Source of the DNA: a virus
DNA: 40,266 bases
Reading direction: 5' to 3' (one strand)
IMG/VR virus record: IMGVR_UViG_3300045988_083036
Span: 1-40,266 of that record
Positions within the stretch are counted from its first letter, which is position 1. The number at the start of each line of letters is the position of its first letter. The notes beneath the pieces are model-generated. The model saw only the letters and a list, made by a program, of their open reading frames with translations, did no database searches and was not told the DNA's origin. This document shows positions 6,456 through 15,985 of the stretch, one piece after another. The position numbers and the translations under genes are program-made.

Positions 6456-7670
6456 ATGATTCAGAAAGAACTACTGAAAATGCCGGTTGCAGATCTGGTT
6501 CCATACGAGCGCAACCCGCGCGTGATCTCCCCGGAAGCCGTGAACGCCTGCGCGGAAAGTATGCGCCAGTGCAGCGCACTTGACCCCATCGAGGTGGACG
6601 AAAACAATGTCATCCTCAGCGGTCACACCCGCCGCCTCGCTCTGATGCAGCTCCATGTGGACATGGCCGACGTGGTGCGCTACACCGGCCTTACCGAAGA
6701 ACAGAAGCAGAAATACCGTATCCTCGCCAACAAGACCGGTGAAATGTCCGGGTGGGATTTCGGAAAACTCGAACAAGAACTGGCAGAAGTTGACTTTGGG
6801 GACTTTGACTTTGATTTTGACCTTCCTGCTGGTGACAGCAAAGAAACGCGGGTTTCTGAGGATGAGGCTCCAGAAGTTGACAAAGCCGCACCTCCAAAAG
6901 CAAAGCTGGGTGATATCTGGAAGTGCGGCAGGCATCGCGTTATGTGCGGGGACAGCACGAATGCAGAAAGCATCAAAACCCTTATAGGGGGGGCGCAGGC
7001 TGATATGTTGCTTACAGATCCGCCGTATAACGTGAACTATGGAGCAGTGCGAGATGTAAGCGAGGCAGTAAAAAGGCACAAAAGAACGGATGGCCTGCTC
7101 ATACAGAATGACAACATGGGCGATGAGGAATTTAGAGAGTTCTTGACCAGCGCTTTCAAAAACGCCGATGCTGTAATGAGACCTGGTGCGGTTTTTTACA
7201 TTTGGCACGCAGATGGAGAGGGCTATAACTTCCGAGGAGCGTGTAAAGACACTGGATGGACTGTAAGGCAGTGTCTGATTTGGAACAAAAACACGCTATG
7301 TATGGGACGGCAGGATTACCAGTGGAAGCATGAGCCATGCCTGTATGGATGGAAAGACGGCGCAGCACATTTTTGGGCAAGTGACAGGAAACAGACAACG
7401 GTTCTTGATTTTGACAGACCGGTTAAGAGTGAACTGCACCCAACAATGAAACCGGTTGCGCTTTTTGACTATCAAATCAAGAACAACACAGAAAACGGGA
7501 ATATTGTCCTTGACCTGTTTGGAGGAAGCGGGACAACATTGATTGCCTGCGAACAGAACGGACGAACAGCCTACATCATGGAGTACGACCCGAAGTACGT
7601 TGATGTTATTGTCAAGCGATGGGAAGACCTCACTGGAGAAAAGGCTGTACTTGAAAAAGAGGTGAACTGA
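6456..7670 (+). CDS. ParB-like nuclease domain fused to an N6-adenine/N4-cytosine DNA methyltransferase
   Basis: N-terminal motif LVPYERNPRV (ParB-type). Catalytic motif LLTDPPYNVNYG. AdoMet motif FGGSGTTLIACEQ. Confidence 0.85.
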   Translation: MIQKELLKMPVADLVPYERNPRVISPEAVNACAESMRQCSALDPIEVDENNVILSGHTRRLALMQLHVDMADVVRYTGLTEEQKQKYRILANKTGEMSGWDFGKLEQELAEVDFGDFDFDFDLPAGDSKETRVSEDEAPEVDKAAPPKAKLGDIWKCGRHRVMCGDSTNAESIKTLIGGAQADMLLTDPPYNVNYGAVRDVSEAVKRHKRTDGLLIQNDNMGDEEFREFLTSAFKNADAVMRPGAVFYIWHADGEGYNFRGACKDTGWTVRQCLIWNKNTLCMGRQDYQWKHEPCLYGWKDGAAHFWASDRKQTTVLDFDRPVKSELHPTMKPVALFDYQIKNNTENGNIVLDLFGGSGTTLIACEQNGRTAYIMEYDPKYVDVIVKRWEDLTGEKAVLEKEVN

Positions 7671-7671
7671 G

Positions 7672-8190
7672 ATTGGCCGCAAAGGTAAGTATGAGCAGTG
7701 GCTAGAGCCTGAAGGGCTGACGCTGCTTCGTGGGTGGGCTAGAGACGGCCTCAAAGACAAGCAGATTGCCGAAAATATAGGCTGCTCAGTATCGACCCTC
7801 TGCGAATGGAAAAACAAATTTCCCGAATTTTCGGAAGCGCTAAAAAAGGGCAAGGACGTCGCAGACTACATTGTGGAGAATGAGCTGTTCGAAAGCTGCA
7901 AGACCCGCACCGTAACCGTAAAAAAGCCCATCAAACTGAAAAAGGTCATGGTGGATGGAAAAAAGAGGCTGGAAGAAGAGCGCATTGAATATGCGGAAGA
8001 GCAGGTCGTCGTTCCAGCCAACGTGACGGCTCAGATATTCTGGTTGAAAAACCGGAAGAAAACAAAATGGAGCGAAAAAACGCAGGAAGAAGCATTTGCA
8101 CAGGGCGAGACCCCGGCGGACGAGTTGAGTAAGGCACTGTTCGAGATAAGCGAGGGTGGAGATCATGCCACTGGGCAAAAAACAACTTGA
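7672..8190 (+). CDS. terS: Terminase small subunit (HTH N-terminus), probably initiating at non-canonical ATT 7672
   Basis: The frame is open from 7666 and encodes IGRKGKYEQWLEPEGLTLLRGWARDGLKDKQIAENIGCSVSTLCEWKNKFPEFSEALKKG. The first canonical start is GTG 7873. An AAGAGGTG SD lies 7 nt before ATT 7672. Confidence 0.6.
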   Translation: MGRKGKYEQWLEPEGLTLLRGWARDGLKDKQIAENIGCSVSTLCEWKNKFPEFSEALKKGKDVADYIVENELFESCKTRTVTVKKPIKLKKVMVDGKKRLEEERIEYAEEQVVVPANVTAQIFWLKNRKKTKWSEKTQEEAFAQGETPADELSKALFEISEGGDHATGQKTT

Positions 8191-9394
8191 GATTCTGCGG
8201 TTCCGGCGGACATCATACAACTATCTTATCTGTGACGGTGCGGTTCGTTCCGGCAAGACCTCCCTGATGATGGTTGGGTTCGTTGATGATGCAATGGAGC
8301 GATTCAACGCCCAGCGCTTCGGCATCTGCGGCAAGACCGTAGACAGTGCCATCAAAAACGTGATAGAGCCGTATATCTCCATGCGGTATGCACAGCAGAG
8401 TTATCAGATCAAGTGGAGCCGCAGCGGAAAGATCCTGACCATCACCAAGGGCAACGTGACCAACATCTTCGAGGTGTTTGGCGGAAAAGATGAAAGCAGC
8501 TATATGCTGATTCAAGGCCGAACGCTGGCAGGCTGCCTGATCGACGAAGTTGTTTTGCAACCGCGGTCTTTCGTGGAGCAGGCCATCACCCGTTGTTCCG
8601 TCACCGACTCAAAAATCTGGTTTTCCTGCAACCCGGCGGGCACACAGCACTGGTTTAACCAAGAGTGGATCCTGCAAGCAGAGGAGCGCAACGCGCTGCA
8701 CCTGCATTTCGTTCTGACCGACAACCCGGGATTATCCCCCGAGACCATCCAGCGGTATGAGAAGGCATTTTCCGGCGTGTTCTACCGCCGGTATATTCTT
8801 GGGGAATGGGTTGACGCAGAGGGGCTTGTCTATCCGTTCTTCGCAGCCAACGAGGACACATACCTCTTCAAGGACTCAATCGCGGGGCTGGAAGGGCGTT
8901 TTTTCGTCTCCATCGACTACGGCACCCACAATCCTTGCAGCATGGGGCTTTGGGTGGTCAACAACGGGAGGGCAATCCGCATCAAGGAAAGCTATTACGA
9001 CAGCACCAAGACCAAGGTGCAGCGCACGGACGAAGAGCATTACAGTGAGCTGGAACGGCTTGTGAAAGGATACTACATTCAATCCGTGATCGTTGACCCG
9101 TCCGCCGCGTCGTTCATAGAGACCATCCGGCGGCACGGGCGGTTCGTGGTCATCCCGGCCAACAACGACGTTATCAACGGCATCCGCTGCGTGGGGTCGC
9201 TGCTGCAAGCTGGCCTTATCAAGATTCACGAGTCCTGCGCCGATTCCCGCCGGGAGTTCGGCCTGTATGCGTGGGATGAAAAGTCATCCGAAGATCGTGT
9301 ACTCAAAGAGTTTGATCACGCGATGGACGATATACGATATTTTTGCTATACGATTTTTGCCCCAGAAATTCGCTGGGCGGATTGGAGTACTTGA
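8156..9394 (+). CDS. terL: Terminase large subunit (likely start ATG 8165)
   Basis: Walker A motif DGAVRSGKTS. Its size and its position after TerS fit. Confidence 0.9.
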   Translation: MEIMPLGKKQLEILRFRRTSYNYLICDGAVRSGKTSLMMVGFVDDAMERFNAQRFGICGKTVDSAIKNVIEPYISMRYAQQSYQIKWSRSGKILTITKGNVTNIFEVFGGKDESSYMLIQGRTLAGCLIDEVVLQPRSFVEQAITRCSVTDSKIWFSCNPAGTQHWFNQEWILQAEERNALHLHFVLTDNPGLSPETIQRYEKAFSGVFYRRYILGEWVDAEGLVYPFFAANEDTYLFKDSIAGLEGRFFVSIDYGTHNPCSMGLWVVNNGRAIRIKESYYDSTKTKVQRTDEEHYSELERLVKGYYIQSVIVDPSAASFIETIRRHGRFVVIPANNDVINGIRCVGSLLQAGLIKIHESCADSRREFGLYAWDEKSSEDRVLKEFDHAMDDIRYFCYTIFAPEIRWADWST

Positions 9395-10830
9395 TGTTCG
9401 ACAAGCTGATTTCATGGCTGCGAGAAAAGGCACGGCAGCTGTTCGGGGAAAATACGACCGTGAGCGCGAACATTTCCGCGCCAATGGAAAAATCTGTTGA
9501 GCTTTGGGCGGATATGTACGACACCGGTGGGCCGTGGTGCCACAGCCTCAAATCCGGCGACACACTGCACGGTATCGGGCTGCCGCAGAGCATTGCAAGC
9601 GAACTTGCACGGCTGACAACCATTGAGATGGAGTGCGTTGTATCCGGTGGAGAGCGTGCGGGCGCAATCAATGAAATCATTCAGCCGTTTGTTGAAACTT
9701 TGCGTGCACCGGTGGAATACGGTTGCGCCTTGGGCGGCATCCTGTTCCGCCCGGTCATGGCAGCAGATGGAACGATCAGTATTGACGTAATTCAGGGCGA
9801 CAGCTTTTGTCCGACCCATTTCGACAGCACCGGGCGGATGACCGGCGCGATCTTCTCCGAGCAGCTTGTAAAGGGAAATAAAATCTATACCAGGCTGGAA
9901 AATCATGAATACACCGACAGCAAGTATATTGTTGAGGTCAAGGCGTTCCGCTCGATGACCACGGCAGACATCGGCCTAGAGGTTCCGTTGACCGATGTTC
10001 CTGAGTGGGCAGACATCTCCCCTACCAGCATTGTGGACGGCGTTGACCGGCCCTTGTGGGGCTATTTCAAGGTGGCGACAAGCAACACGGTTGACCGCAG
10101 GTCGCCTTTGGGAGTAAGCGTGTATGCCAACGCGGTCAAGCTGATCCGGGATTGTGATGAGCAATACGGGCGGTTGCTGTGGGAGTACGACGGTGGGCAG
10201 CTGGCTCTTGATGTAGATCAGACCGCACTGCGGCCCACTCCAGACGGCGGTTCTGCGTTGCCACAGCGGGAACAGCGGCTCTATCGTAACTGGCTGAACG
10301 GCAGTTACGGGCAGACAGGGCGCAATCTGTACGAGGTGTTTGCTCCCTCCCTGCGAGACGAGAACTACCGACGCGGTCTGGATACCATCCTCAAGCGGAT
10401 CGAGTTCCAGTGCGGCCTTGCATACGGCACGCTGTCCGACCCGCAGAACGTGGACAAGACCGCCGAGGAGATCCGCAGCAGTAAGCAGCGGAGTTATACC
10501 ACAGTCAAGGACTTGCAGCGGTCGCTCAAAATTGCCGTTACAGACCTGATCTATGCCATCGATGCACTTATGACGTCCGCATGGCAGCAAGGCGCAGCGG
10601 TTGTTTCCCCGGGGGATTATGATGTGACATTCGATTTTGACGATTCGATTGTCTCCGACCCAAAGGAGCGCAAACAGATGTTCTGGGGTTACGTCACCGC
10701 TGGAAAGTTCCCATTCTGGCGGTATCTGGTCGAGTTTGAGGGGTACAACGAAGACGAAGCCAAGCAGATCGAGGCAGAAGCAAAGGAGAGCGCACAGCAA
10801 CCCGGGCTTGAGTTTGGCGGTGGTGCTTAA
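9394..10830 (+). CDS. Portal protein
   Basis: TGATG coupling to terL and a GGAG RBS. A 478-aa protein lying between terL and the head-morphogenesis gene. Confidence 0.85.
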   Translation: MFDKLISWLREKARQLFGENTTVSANISAPMEKSVELWADMYDTGGPWCHSLKSGDTLHGIGLPQSIASELARLTTIEMECVVSGGERAGAINEIIQPFVETLRAPVEYGCALGGILFRPVMAADGTISIDVIQGDSFCPTHFDSTGRMTGAIFSEQLVKGNKIYTRLENHEYTDSKYIVEVKAFRSMTTADIGLEVPLTDVPEWADISPTSIVDGVDRPLWGYFKVATSNTVDRRSPLGVSVYANAVKLIRDCDEQYGRLLWEYDGGQLALDVDQTALRPTPDGGSALPQREQRLYRNWLNGSYGQTGRNLYEVFAPSLRDENYRRGLDTILKRIEFQCGLAYGTLSDPQNVDKTAEEIRSSKQRSYTTVKDLQRSLKIAVTDLIYAIDALMTSAWQQGAAVVSPGDYDVTFDFDDSIVSDPKERKQMFWGYVTAGKFPFWRYLVEFEGYNEDEAKQIEAEAKESAQQPGLEFGGGA

Positions 10831-12005
10831 TGTTGCAACCAGACTATCTTGACCACGCACCAGACGAAATGGTGAAGCTCTGGCAGCAGGTCGAGGATGA
10901 TATTTTGCGGGACGTAGCCCGGAGAATCGGCAAGATGGGCGGCATGACACCAACGGCCAAATGGCAGCTCTGGCGTTATGAGCAAGTCGAGGCCGTCCGG
11001 GAAGAAGTCGTCAAGCTGCTGGCCAAGTACAGCGGAAAGAGCGAGCGCGAGATCCGTCGCATCCTGAAAGAAGCCTGCACCGCCGCGCTGGAAGCCGACG
11101 ATGAAATCTATTACCACTACGGCAAGACCCCGACCCCGTTCGCGGAATCTTTGCCCCTGCAAAACCTGCTGAACGCCGGTTACAGGCAGACAAGCGGCAC
11201 ATGGAGCAATTTGACGGCCACAACCGCAAACACCGTCACAGGGGCTTTTGAGCGCGTGTTGGATGAAGCATGGCTCAAGGTCAGCACCGGGGCGTTCGAT
11301 TACAAGACCGCGATCAAGACGGCGGTGGACACGATAGCGGACGATATGCCCTATATCACCTACCCCACCGGCCATACAGACACGCTGGAAGTAGCCGCAC
11401 GGCGAGCCATCCTTACCGGAGTCAACCAGACCGCCGGGAAGCTGCAGGATGCAAGGATGCAGGAGATGGGCGTGGAGTATGTCGAGACAACGGCACACGG
11501 CGGCGCACGGCCTACCCATGCAGAGTGGCAGGGCAAGCGGTTCCATCTGGGCGGAGACAAGGTTCTAAACGGCAAGCTCTACAAGGATTTCGTCCGGGAG
11601 ACCGGATACGGCACCGGCGCAGGGCTTTGCGGCTGGAACTGCCGCCACCAATATTTCGCCTGTTTCCCAGAGCTGGGCGACCCGCCGTCATGGACGCAGG
11701 AAAGCCTAGAGCAGCTCAATGCCCGCAACGTCGAGTATAACGGGCAGATGTACACCCAATACGAGATCTCCCAGATGCAGCGTTCCCGGGAGCGCAATGT
11801 GCGCAAGTGGAAGCGGCGGTATCTGGCAGAGGATGCAGCAGGCAGCGACACCACGGCGGCTGCTGTCCGTCTCAAGGCTGCACGCGACAGCCTCAAGCAA
11901 TTCACACGGGACACCGGCGGGCAACTTGACAGTGCCCGCACCATGGTTTCTGGATTTGGCCGAAGTCAGGCGGCGAGAGCCACAGCACAGGCCAGAAAAA
12001 AATAA
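10830..12005 (+). CDS. Minor head / head-morphogenesis protein (Mu F / SPP1 gp7 family)
   Basis: Motifs ARPTHAEWQGKRF and CGWNCRHQY. It lies directly after the portal gene. Confidence 0.8.
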   Translation: MLQPDYLDHAPDEMVKLWQQVEDDILRDVARRIGKMGGMTPTAKWQLWRYEQVEAVREEVVKLLAKYSGKSEREIRRILKEACTAALEADDEIYYHYGKTPTPFAESLPLQNLLNAGYRQTSGTWSNLTATTANTVTGAFERVLDEAWLKVSTGAFDYKTAIKTAVDTIADDMPYITYPTGHTDTLEVAARRAILTGVNQTAGKLQDARMQEMGVEYVETTAHGGARPTHAEWQGKRFHLGGDKVLNGKLYKDFVRETGYGTGAGLCGWNCRHQYFACFPELGDPPSWTQESLEQLNARNVEYNGQMYTQYEISQMQRSRERNVRKWKRRYLAEDAAGSDTTAAAVRLKAARDSLKQFTRDTGGQLDSARTMVSGFGRSQAARATAQARKK

Positions 12006-12008
12006 CAT

Positions 12009-12030
12009 GCAGCCTTCGGGCTGCTTTTTT
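12009..12030 (+). terminator. Intrinsic terminator abutting the tRNA-Met gene
   Basis: GCAGCC-TTCG-GGCTGC followed by TTTTTT. Confidence 0.7.
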
Positions 12031-12107
12031 GTTGCTTTCGCCTAATTGGTCAAGGCACCCGGCTCATAACCGGGCACATGTGGGTTCGATTCCCTCAAGC
12101 AGCACCA
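12031..12107 (+). tRNA. tRNA-Met/Ile2-type (anticodon CAT), CCA encoded
   Basis: Acceptor stem GTTGCTT/AAGCAGC. Anticodon arm CCCGG-CTCATAA-CCGGG. T arm GTGGG-TTCGATT-CCCTC. Confidence 0.85.
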
Positions 12108-12205
12108 CGCGGAGTCGGCGCGAACCCCGACAAACCTGTAATTTCCAATGTGGACGCGCACCACGAGAAAAAACGCTGGTTAGGACAGAACGAAAGGAGC
12201 AAACC

Positions 12206-12745
12206 ATGAAACGAGACGAAATCAAGCAGATTATCCCCGGCATCACACAGGAGCAGCTCGACAGCATTATGAATCTGCATAGTGCCGATGTGGGCGAGAA
12301 GGTCAACAAGATCAGCACCCTTGAGGCGGAGAAAACAACCCTGACCGCCCAGCTGGAAGCCGCAAACGGCAAGCTGGAAGGTTATGACCCCGAGTGGAAG
12401 ACCAAGGCAGAGCAGGCCAAGACCGACGCGGCGAACCAGCTGGCAGAGATGCAGCGCGGCTTTGCCATCGAGAAAAAGGCCGGTTCCCTCAAGTTTTCCA
12501 GCGAGAGCGCGAAAAAGGCGTTTCTTGCCGATGCAAAGGCACAGAATTTTGCCATGAAGGACGGCGAGATTCTGGGTTTCGACGATTATGTCAAGACCTT
12601 CAAGGCCGCAGACCCGAGCGCGATCCTCGCAAATGGCACGCTCCCGCGATTTACCGCGTCTGCCCCGGGAACTCCGGCGCAGGCATCCAACACGCACGAG
12701 GCCGCAAACGCAGCGTTCCGTTCGCTGTTTGCGGAGAAAGGTTAA
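12206..12745 (+). CDS. Scaffolding protein
   Basis: AGGAG RBS. A coiled-coil, charged 179-aa protein immediately upstream of the major capsid gene. Confidence 0.7.
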   Translation: MKRDEIKQIIPGITQEQLDSIMNLHSADVGEKVNKISTLEAEKTTLTAQLEAANGKLEGYDPEWKTKAEQAKTDAANQLAEMQRGFAIEKKAGSLKFSSESAKKAFLADAKAQNFAMKDGEILGFDDYVKTFKAADPSAILANGTLPRFTASAPGTPAQASNTHEAANAAFRSLFAEKG

Positions 12746-12751
12746 TCCATT

Positions 12752-13681
12752 ATGGCAACTAACATTATTGCCCGTACCGGCGCAGAAGCCCTTATCCGGG
12801 ATCAGCTGGTCAATACCATTCAGCAGGATGTGCCGAAGTCCTCCATCGTCATGCAGCTGGCGACCCGCCTTGCCAACATGACCAGCAATCAGACCAAGAT
12901 TCCTGTTCTGTCCATGCTGCCGCTGGCCTATTGGGTCAACGGCGACACCGGCATGAAGCAGACCAGCAAGCAGGAGTGGAAAAACGTCACCATGACCGCC
13001 GCAGAGCTGGCAGTGATCGTTCCCATCCCCGAAGCCGTGCTGGCGGATTCCAGCTTCGACATCATGGGTGAGGTTCAGCCCCGTGTCCGTGAGGCGATGG
13101 CAGCGAAAATTGACGGCGCGGTCCTGTTCGGCAACGACAAGCCCACCGAGTGGACGACCGACATTCTGACGCAGGCCACCGCCAACAAGGTCACCGGCCC
13201 CATCGACTACGCCAAGATTCTGGGCGACGGCGGTATGTTCGCCAAGGTCGAGGAGGGCGGTTTCGGGGTTGATGGCGTTGTTGGTGCACTGTCCACCAAG
13301 GCACAGCTTCGAGGCCTGCTCGACAATAACGGTCGCCCCCTGTTCCGCTCGGATATGCAGGGCGCAACCAACTACGCGCTGGACGGTGCCCCGCTCTATT
13401 TCCCTGAGAACGGTGCGTTTGACGCTTCCAAGGCGCTGATGATCGCAGGCAACTTCAAAAAGATCGTCTACTCCATCCGGCAGGACGTCACCGTGAAGAT
13501 TCTGGATCAGGGCGTCATTCAGGACCCCTCGACCAAGGAGATCGTGTACAACCTCGCACAGCAGGACATGGTCGCGCTGCGCGTTGTTATGCGCATGGGC
13601 TGGGCTCTGCCGAACCCGTCCACCCGCCTGAACACCGACGGCAGCAAGGTGCCATTCTCCTACATCGTCGCGGGGGAATGA
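12752..13681 (+). CDS. Major capsid protein
   Basis: A 309-aa ORF after the scaffold gene. The call rests on position and size. Confidence 0.8.
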   Translation: MATNIIARTGAEALIRDQLVNTIQQDVPKSSIVMQLATRLANMTSNQTKIPVLSMLPLAYWVNGDTGMKQTSKQEWKNVTMTAAELAVIVPIPEAVLADSSFDIMGEVQPRVREAMAAKIDGAVLFGNDKPTEWTTDILTQATANKVTGPIDYAKILGDGGMFAKVEEGGFGVDGVVGALSTKAQLRGLLDNNGRPLFRSDMQGATNYALDGAPLYFPENGAFDASKALMIAGNFKKIVYSIRQDVTVKILDQGVIQDPSTKEIVYNLAQQDMVALRVVMRMGWALPNPSTRLNTDGSKVPFSYIVAGE

Positions 13682-13702
13682 CAAGCCGGGAGGTAGCCGA
13701 AA

Positions 13703-14089
13703 ATGATCTACTGCACGTACAGCGAGTATCAAGCCGCCGGGGGAAATCTCGAAGCGGCAACGTTTGACATCTACGCGGCCAGAGCTTCACGCCTGATCGA
13801 CGGCATCACATTCGGGAGGGCCGAAACCCATGTGGACGAGTGCGACCGCTGCAGAGCCGCACTGTCGGACGCTTGTGTGCAGATCATCCAGCTTTTGGCT
13901 GCAGCGCAGAACGCTGTTACGGCCAACGGCTACGCTCCCGGCGTATCCAGTGTATCCAATGACGGCTATGCGGTAAGCTATGCCAGCACCGGCAGCATGA
14001 CGGCCACCGCCCGGAGCGAAGCGGCCGAAATCGTGCGCGAGTGCCTGGGCAACGACCCGCACGGCCTTCTGTATCGGGGGATTTATTGA
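13703..14089 (+). CDS. Head-tail connector (gp6-like)
   Basis: Position directly after the capsid gene; 128 aa. Confidence 0.6.
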   Translation: MIYCTYSEYQAAGGNLEAATFDIYAARASRLIDGITFGRAETHVDECDRCRAALSDACVQIIQLLAAAQNAVTANGYAPGVSSVSNDGYAVSYASTGSMTATARSEAAEIVRECLGNDPHGLLYRGIY

Positions 14090-14090
14090 G

Positions 14091-14492
14091 ATGAACACAT
14101 CGGTTACAATCATCAATCTCATCCATGATACGGCAACGGATAAGGATACACCGGTCTGCTGGGTATTCAATAACGCCACATGGCGGGAGACTTACGGCAC
14201 GAGCGGAAACGGCACGGTCAAAGACCCGGCAAAGACCGTGCATGTCCGCATCATGGCCCGGCAGGGCGAACCGCCGTACATGCCCGCGTGGGCGTGGTAT
14301 CAGCTCCCGGCGGACGCAAAGGAAAAGGCATGGACACTGAAAAACGGCTGGATGATCGTCAAAGGTTCGATTCCGTCCATGACCATTGAGCAGTACAACC
14401 GCCTGAAGAAAAGCGCCGACTGCACCATGATCACATCATGGGCGGACAACCGGGAACAGTTTCTTCCGCACTGGCATATCTACGGAGGCTAA
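14091..14492 (+). CDS. Head closure / head-tail adaptor protein
   Basis: Position in the connector module; 133 aa. Confidence 0.55.
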   Translation: MNTSVTIINLIHDTATDKDTPVCWVFNNATWRETYGTSGNGTVKDPAKTVHVRIMARQGEPPYMPAWAWYQLPADAKEKAWTLKNGWMIVKGSIPSMTIEQYNRLKKSADCTMITSWADNREQFLPHWHIYGG

Positions 14493-14495
14493 TCC

Positions 14496-14939
14496 ATGAC
14501 TGAGTGGAAAAATGGCAAAAATGGCCTGCTGCAAGTCAGCACACCCAAAGGTCGTGTCATTTCCGTACGGCACAAAAACGGCTCTGTGACAACGGAGGTC
14601 CAGTGGAATCCGGCGTTTGCAAACCGGATGAACCGGGCAGGAAACACCACCCTCGCCCAATTGACGCAGATCGTGGCCCGCGATACGGACAAGTTTGTGC
14701 CGTTCCAGACCGGCATGTTGAAGAACACCGCCAACATTGCCAGCGACTACGACAACGGCCTGATCGTATACTCCACGCCCTACGCCCGGCGGCAGTATTA
14801 CTTGCACCCACAGGGCACTGACCTGCACGGAGACACCGGCTTGCGCGGTTCCTATTGGGGCCAGCGCAGCAAGGGCGCCAACATGTCAAGCTGGGAAACC
14901 ACCGCCCATGCGCTGATGAAGAAGGAGAGCAAGAAGTGA
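14496..14939 (+). CDS. HK97 gp10-like tail-completion/neck protein
   Basis: The motif KFVPFQTGMLKNT is typical of the gp10 family. Its position fits. Confidence 0.55.
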   Translation: MTEWKNGKNGLLQVSTPKGRVISVRHKNGSVTTEVQWNPAFANRMNRAGNTTLAQLTQIVARDTDKFVPFQTGMLKNTANIASDYDNGLIVYSTPYARRQYYLHPQGTDLHGDTGLRGSYWGQRSKGANMSSWETTAHALMKKESKK

Positions 14940-15385
14940 AGCCTGTTATCAAATCCATGCAGGAATGGCTGAAAACCTGCCCTCTGGTAGCTTCCGCACA
15001 GGACGAGGGCGTTGCGTTCCGCGTTTCGTGGCTGAGCCCGGACGTGGATGAATACTCCATCGAAGACGTGCCCACGCAACCGATTCTGGCCAAACGGCTC
15101 AACGGTACGATCCGGCAGAAGGTGTTTGCCCTGTCATCACGCGAGGAGTACAACTCCGACGTTGAGCATCAGGCCGAACGTTCCGGCTTCTGGGATGACC
15201 TGACCGCATGGGTAGAAGCCCAGAGCCGCACAAAGAACCTGCCCGCGCTCGGAGATGGCCGCATCCCGATCGGTGTGGCCGTCACGACCACCGGCTACAT
15301 CATCACCGCAGAGGATGGCCGGTGCCGGGCGCAGATTCAATTACAAATCGTATATTTTCAACCGAAAGGGGTTGCTATCACATGA
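14936..15385 (+). CDS. Tail terminator / tail-completion protein (GTG start)
   Basis: GTGA overlap with the upstream stop. It lies immediately before the major tail gene. Confidence 0.5.
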   Translation: MKPVIKSMQEWLKTCPLVASAQDEGVAFRVSWLSPDVDEYSIEDVPTQPILAKRLNGTIRQKVFALSSREEYNSDVEHQAERSGFWDDLTAWVEAQSRTKNLPALGDGRIPIGVAVTTTGYIITAEDGRCRAQIQLQIVYFQPKGVAIT

Positions 15386-15882
15386 CTGTTACCGAAGCGA
15401 TGAAGGGCATCACGCCCGACCCTGACAAGGTGGGCTTCCAGATGGCCGACGACTTCATCCTTGCCTTCAAAACTGCGGACACGCAGAACAAAGAGGGCGA
15501 CTTTATCGTGTGCGAGTCGATGGTGGAGGAGCATTCTGCTGCCGTCAATTCCAGCACGACCGATAAAAACTACATCCGGCAGGGACAGGTCACGATCAAG
15601 ACCAACACGCAGCGGGTGTTCACGATCAACGCCGACCGCTACCACGACGAAAAGACCGCGTTCTTCGACTGGATCAGCTCGTTCAAGATGGTTCACGGCG
15701 TGGGGTCGGACGTCATTGCCGACTATGTGTATTTCAACATGTTCACCGGCAAGGGCGAGAAGGGCCGCGCCACCGTCAATGTGACTGCGGACTCCACCAA
15801 CGGCGCAGGCAACATTGCGGGCTACACCGTCACCGTTTCCAGCGTGAAAAAGCCGGAAGAGTTCACATACGTCGCAGCCTGA
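15382..15882 (+). CDS. Major tail protein
   Basis: ATG 15382 inside ORF 15208..15882. The call rests on its position before the chaperones and tape measure. Confidence 0.7.
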   Translation: MTVTEAMKGITPDPDKVGFQMADDFILAFKTADTQNKEGDFIVCESMVEEHSAAVNSSTTDKNYIRQGQVTIKTNTQRVFTINADRYHDEKTAFFDWISSFKMVHGVGSDVIADYVYFNMFTGKGEKGRATVNVTADSTNGAGNIAGYTVTVSSVKKPEEFTYVAA

Positions 15883-15892
15883 GCGCTGTATA

Positions 15893-15923
15893 CAGACCGT
15901 CTGGCACACCGCCAGGCGGTCTT
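15893..15923 (+). terminator. Hairpin after the major tail gene (partial terminator/attenuator)
   Basis: 11-bp stem AGACCGTCTGG/CCAGGCGGTCT with one T.G pair and a short T tract. Confidence 0.4.
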
Positions 15924-15985
15924 TGACGCCTTAACAGACAAGGCCGGGGCAGCACCGGCAAAGGCGCACTGAAAGGAGCAACAAC

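Noticed and set aside
7657-7675. A prfB-like +1 frameshift fusing the ParB-methyltransferase to TerS at AAC-TGA-G, preceded by an SD-like sequence.
   Set aside because: tRNA-Asn cannot re-pair in the +1 frame (AAC to ACU). The SD spacing fits ordinary initiation at ATT 7672 much better.
8261-8300. Additional CTGATGA hits: 8266 in terL, about 13435 in the capsid gene, about 14904, about 36765, about 36846, and the minus strand near 4597.
   Set aside because: None is followed by a stem II, GAAA, stem III, UH arrangement. All lie inside coding sequence.
12095-13732. A 545-aa ORF on the minus strand.
   Set aside because: It is antisense to the scaffold and major capsid genes. Its low-complexity, Arg/Gly/Leu-rich translation is typical of shadow ORFs in GC-rich DNA, and it has no RBS.
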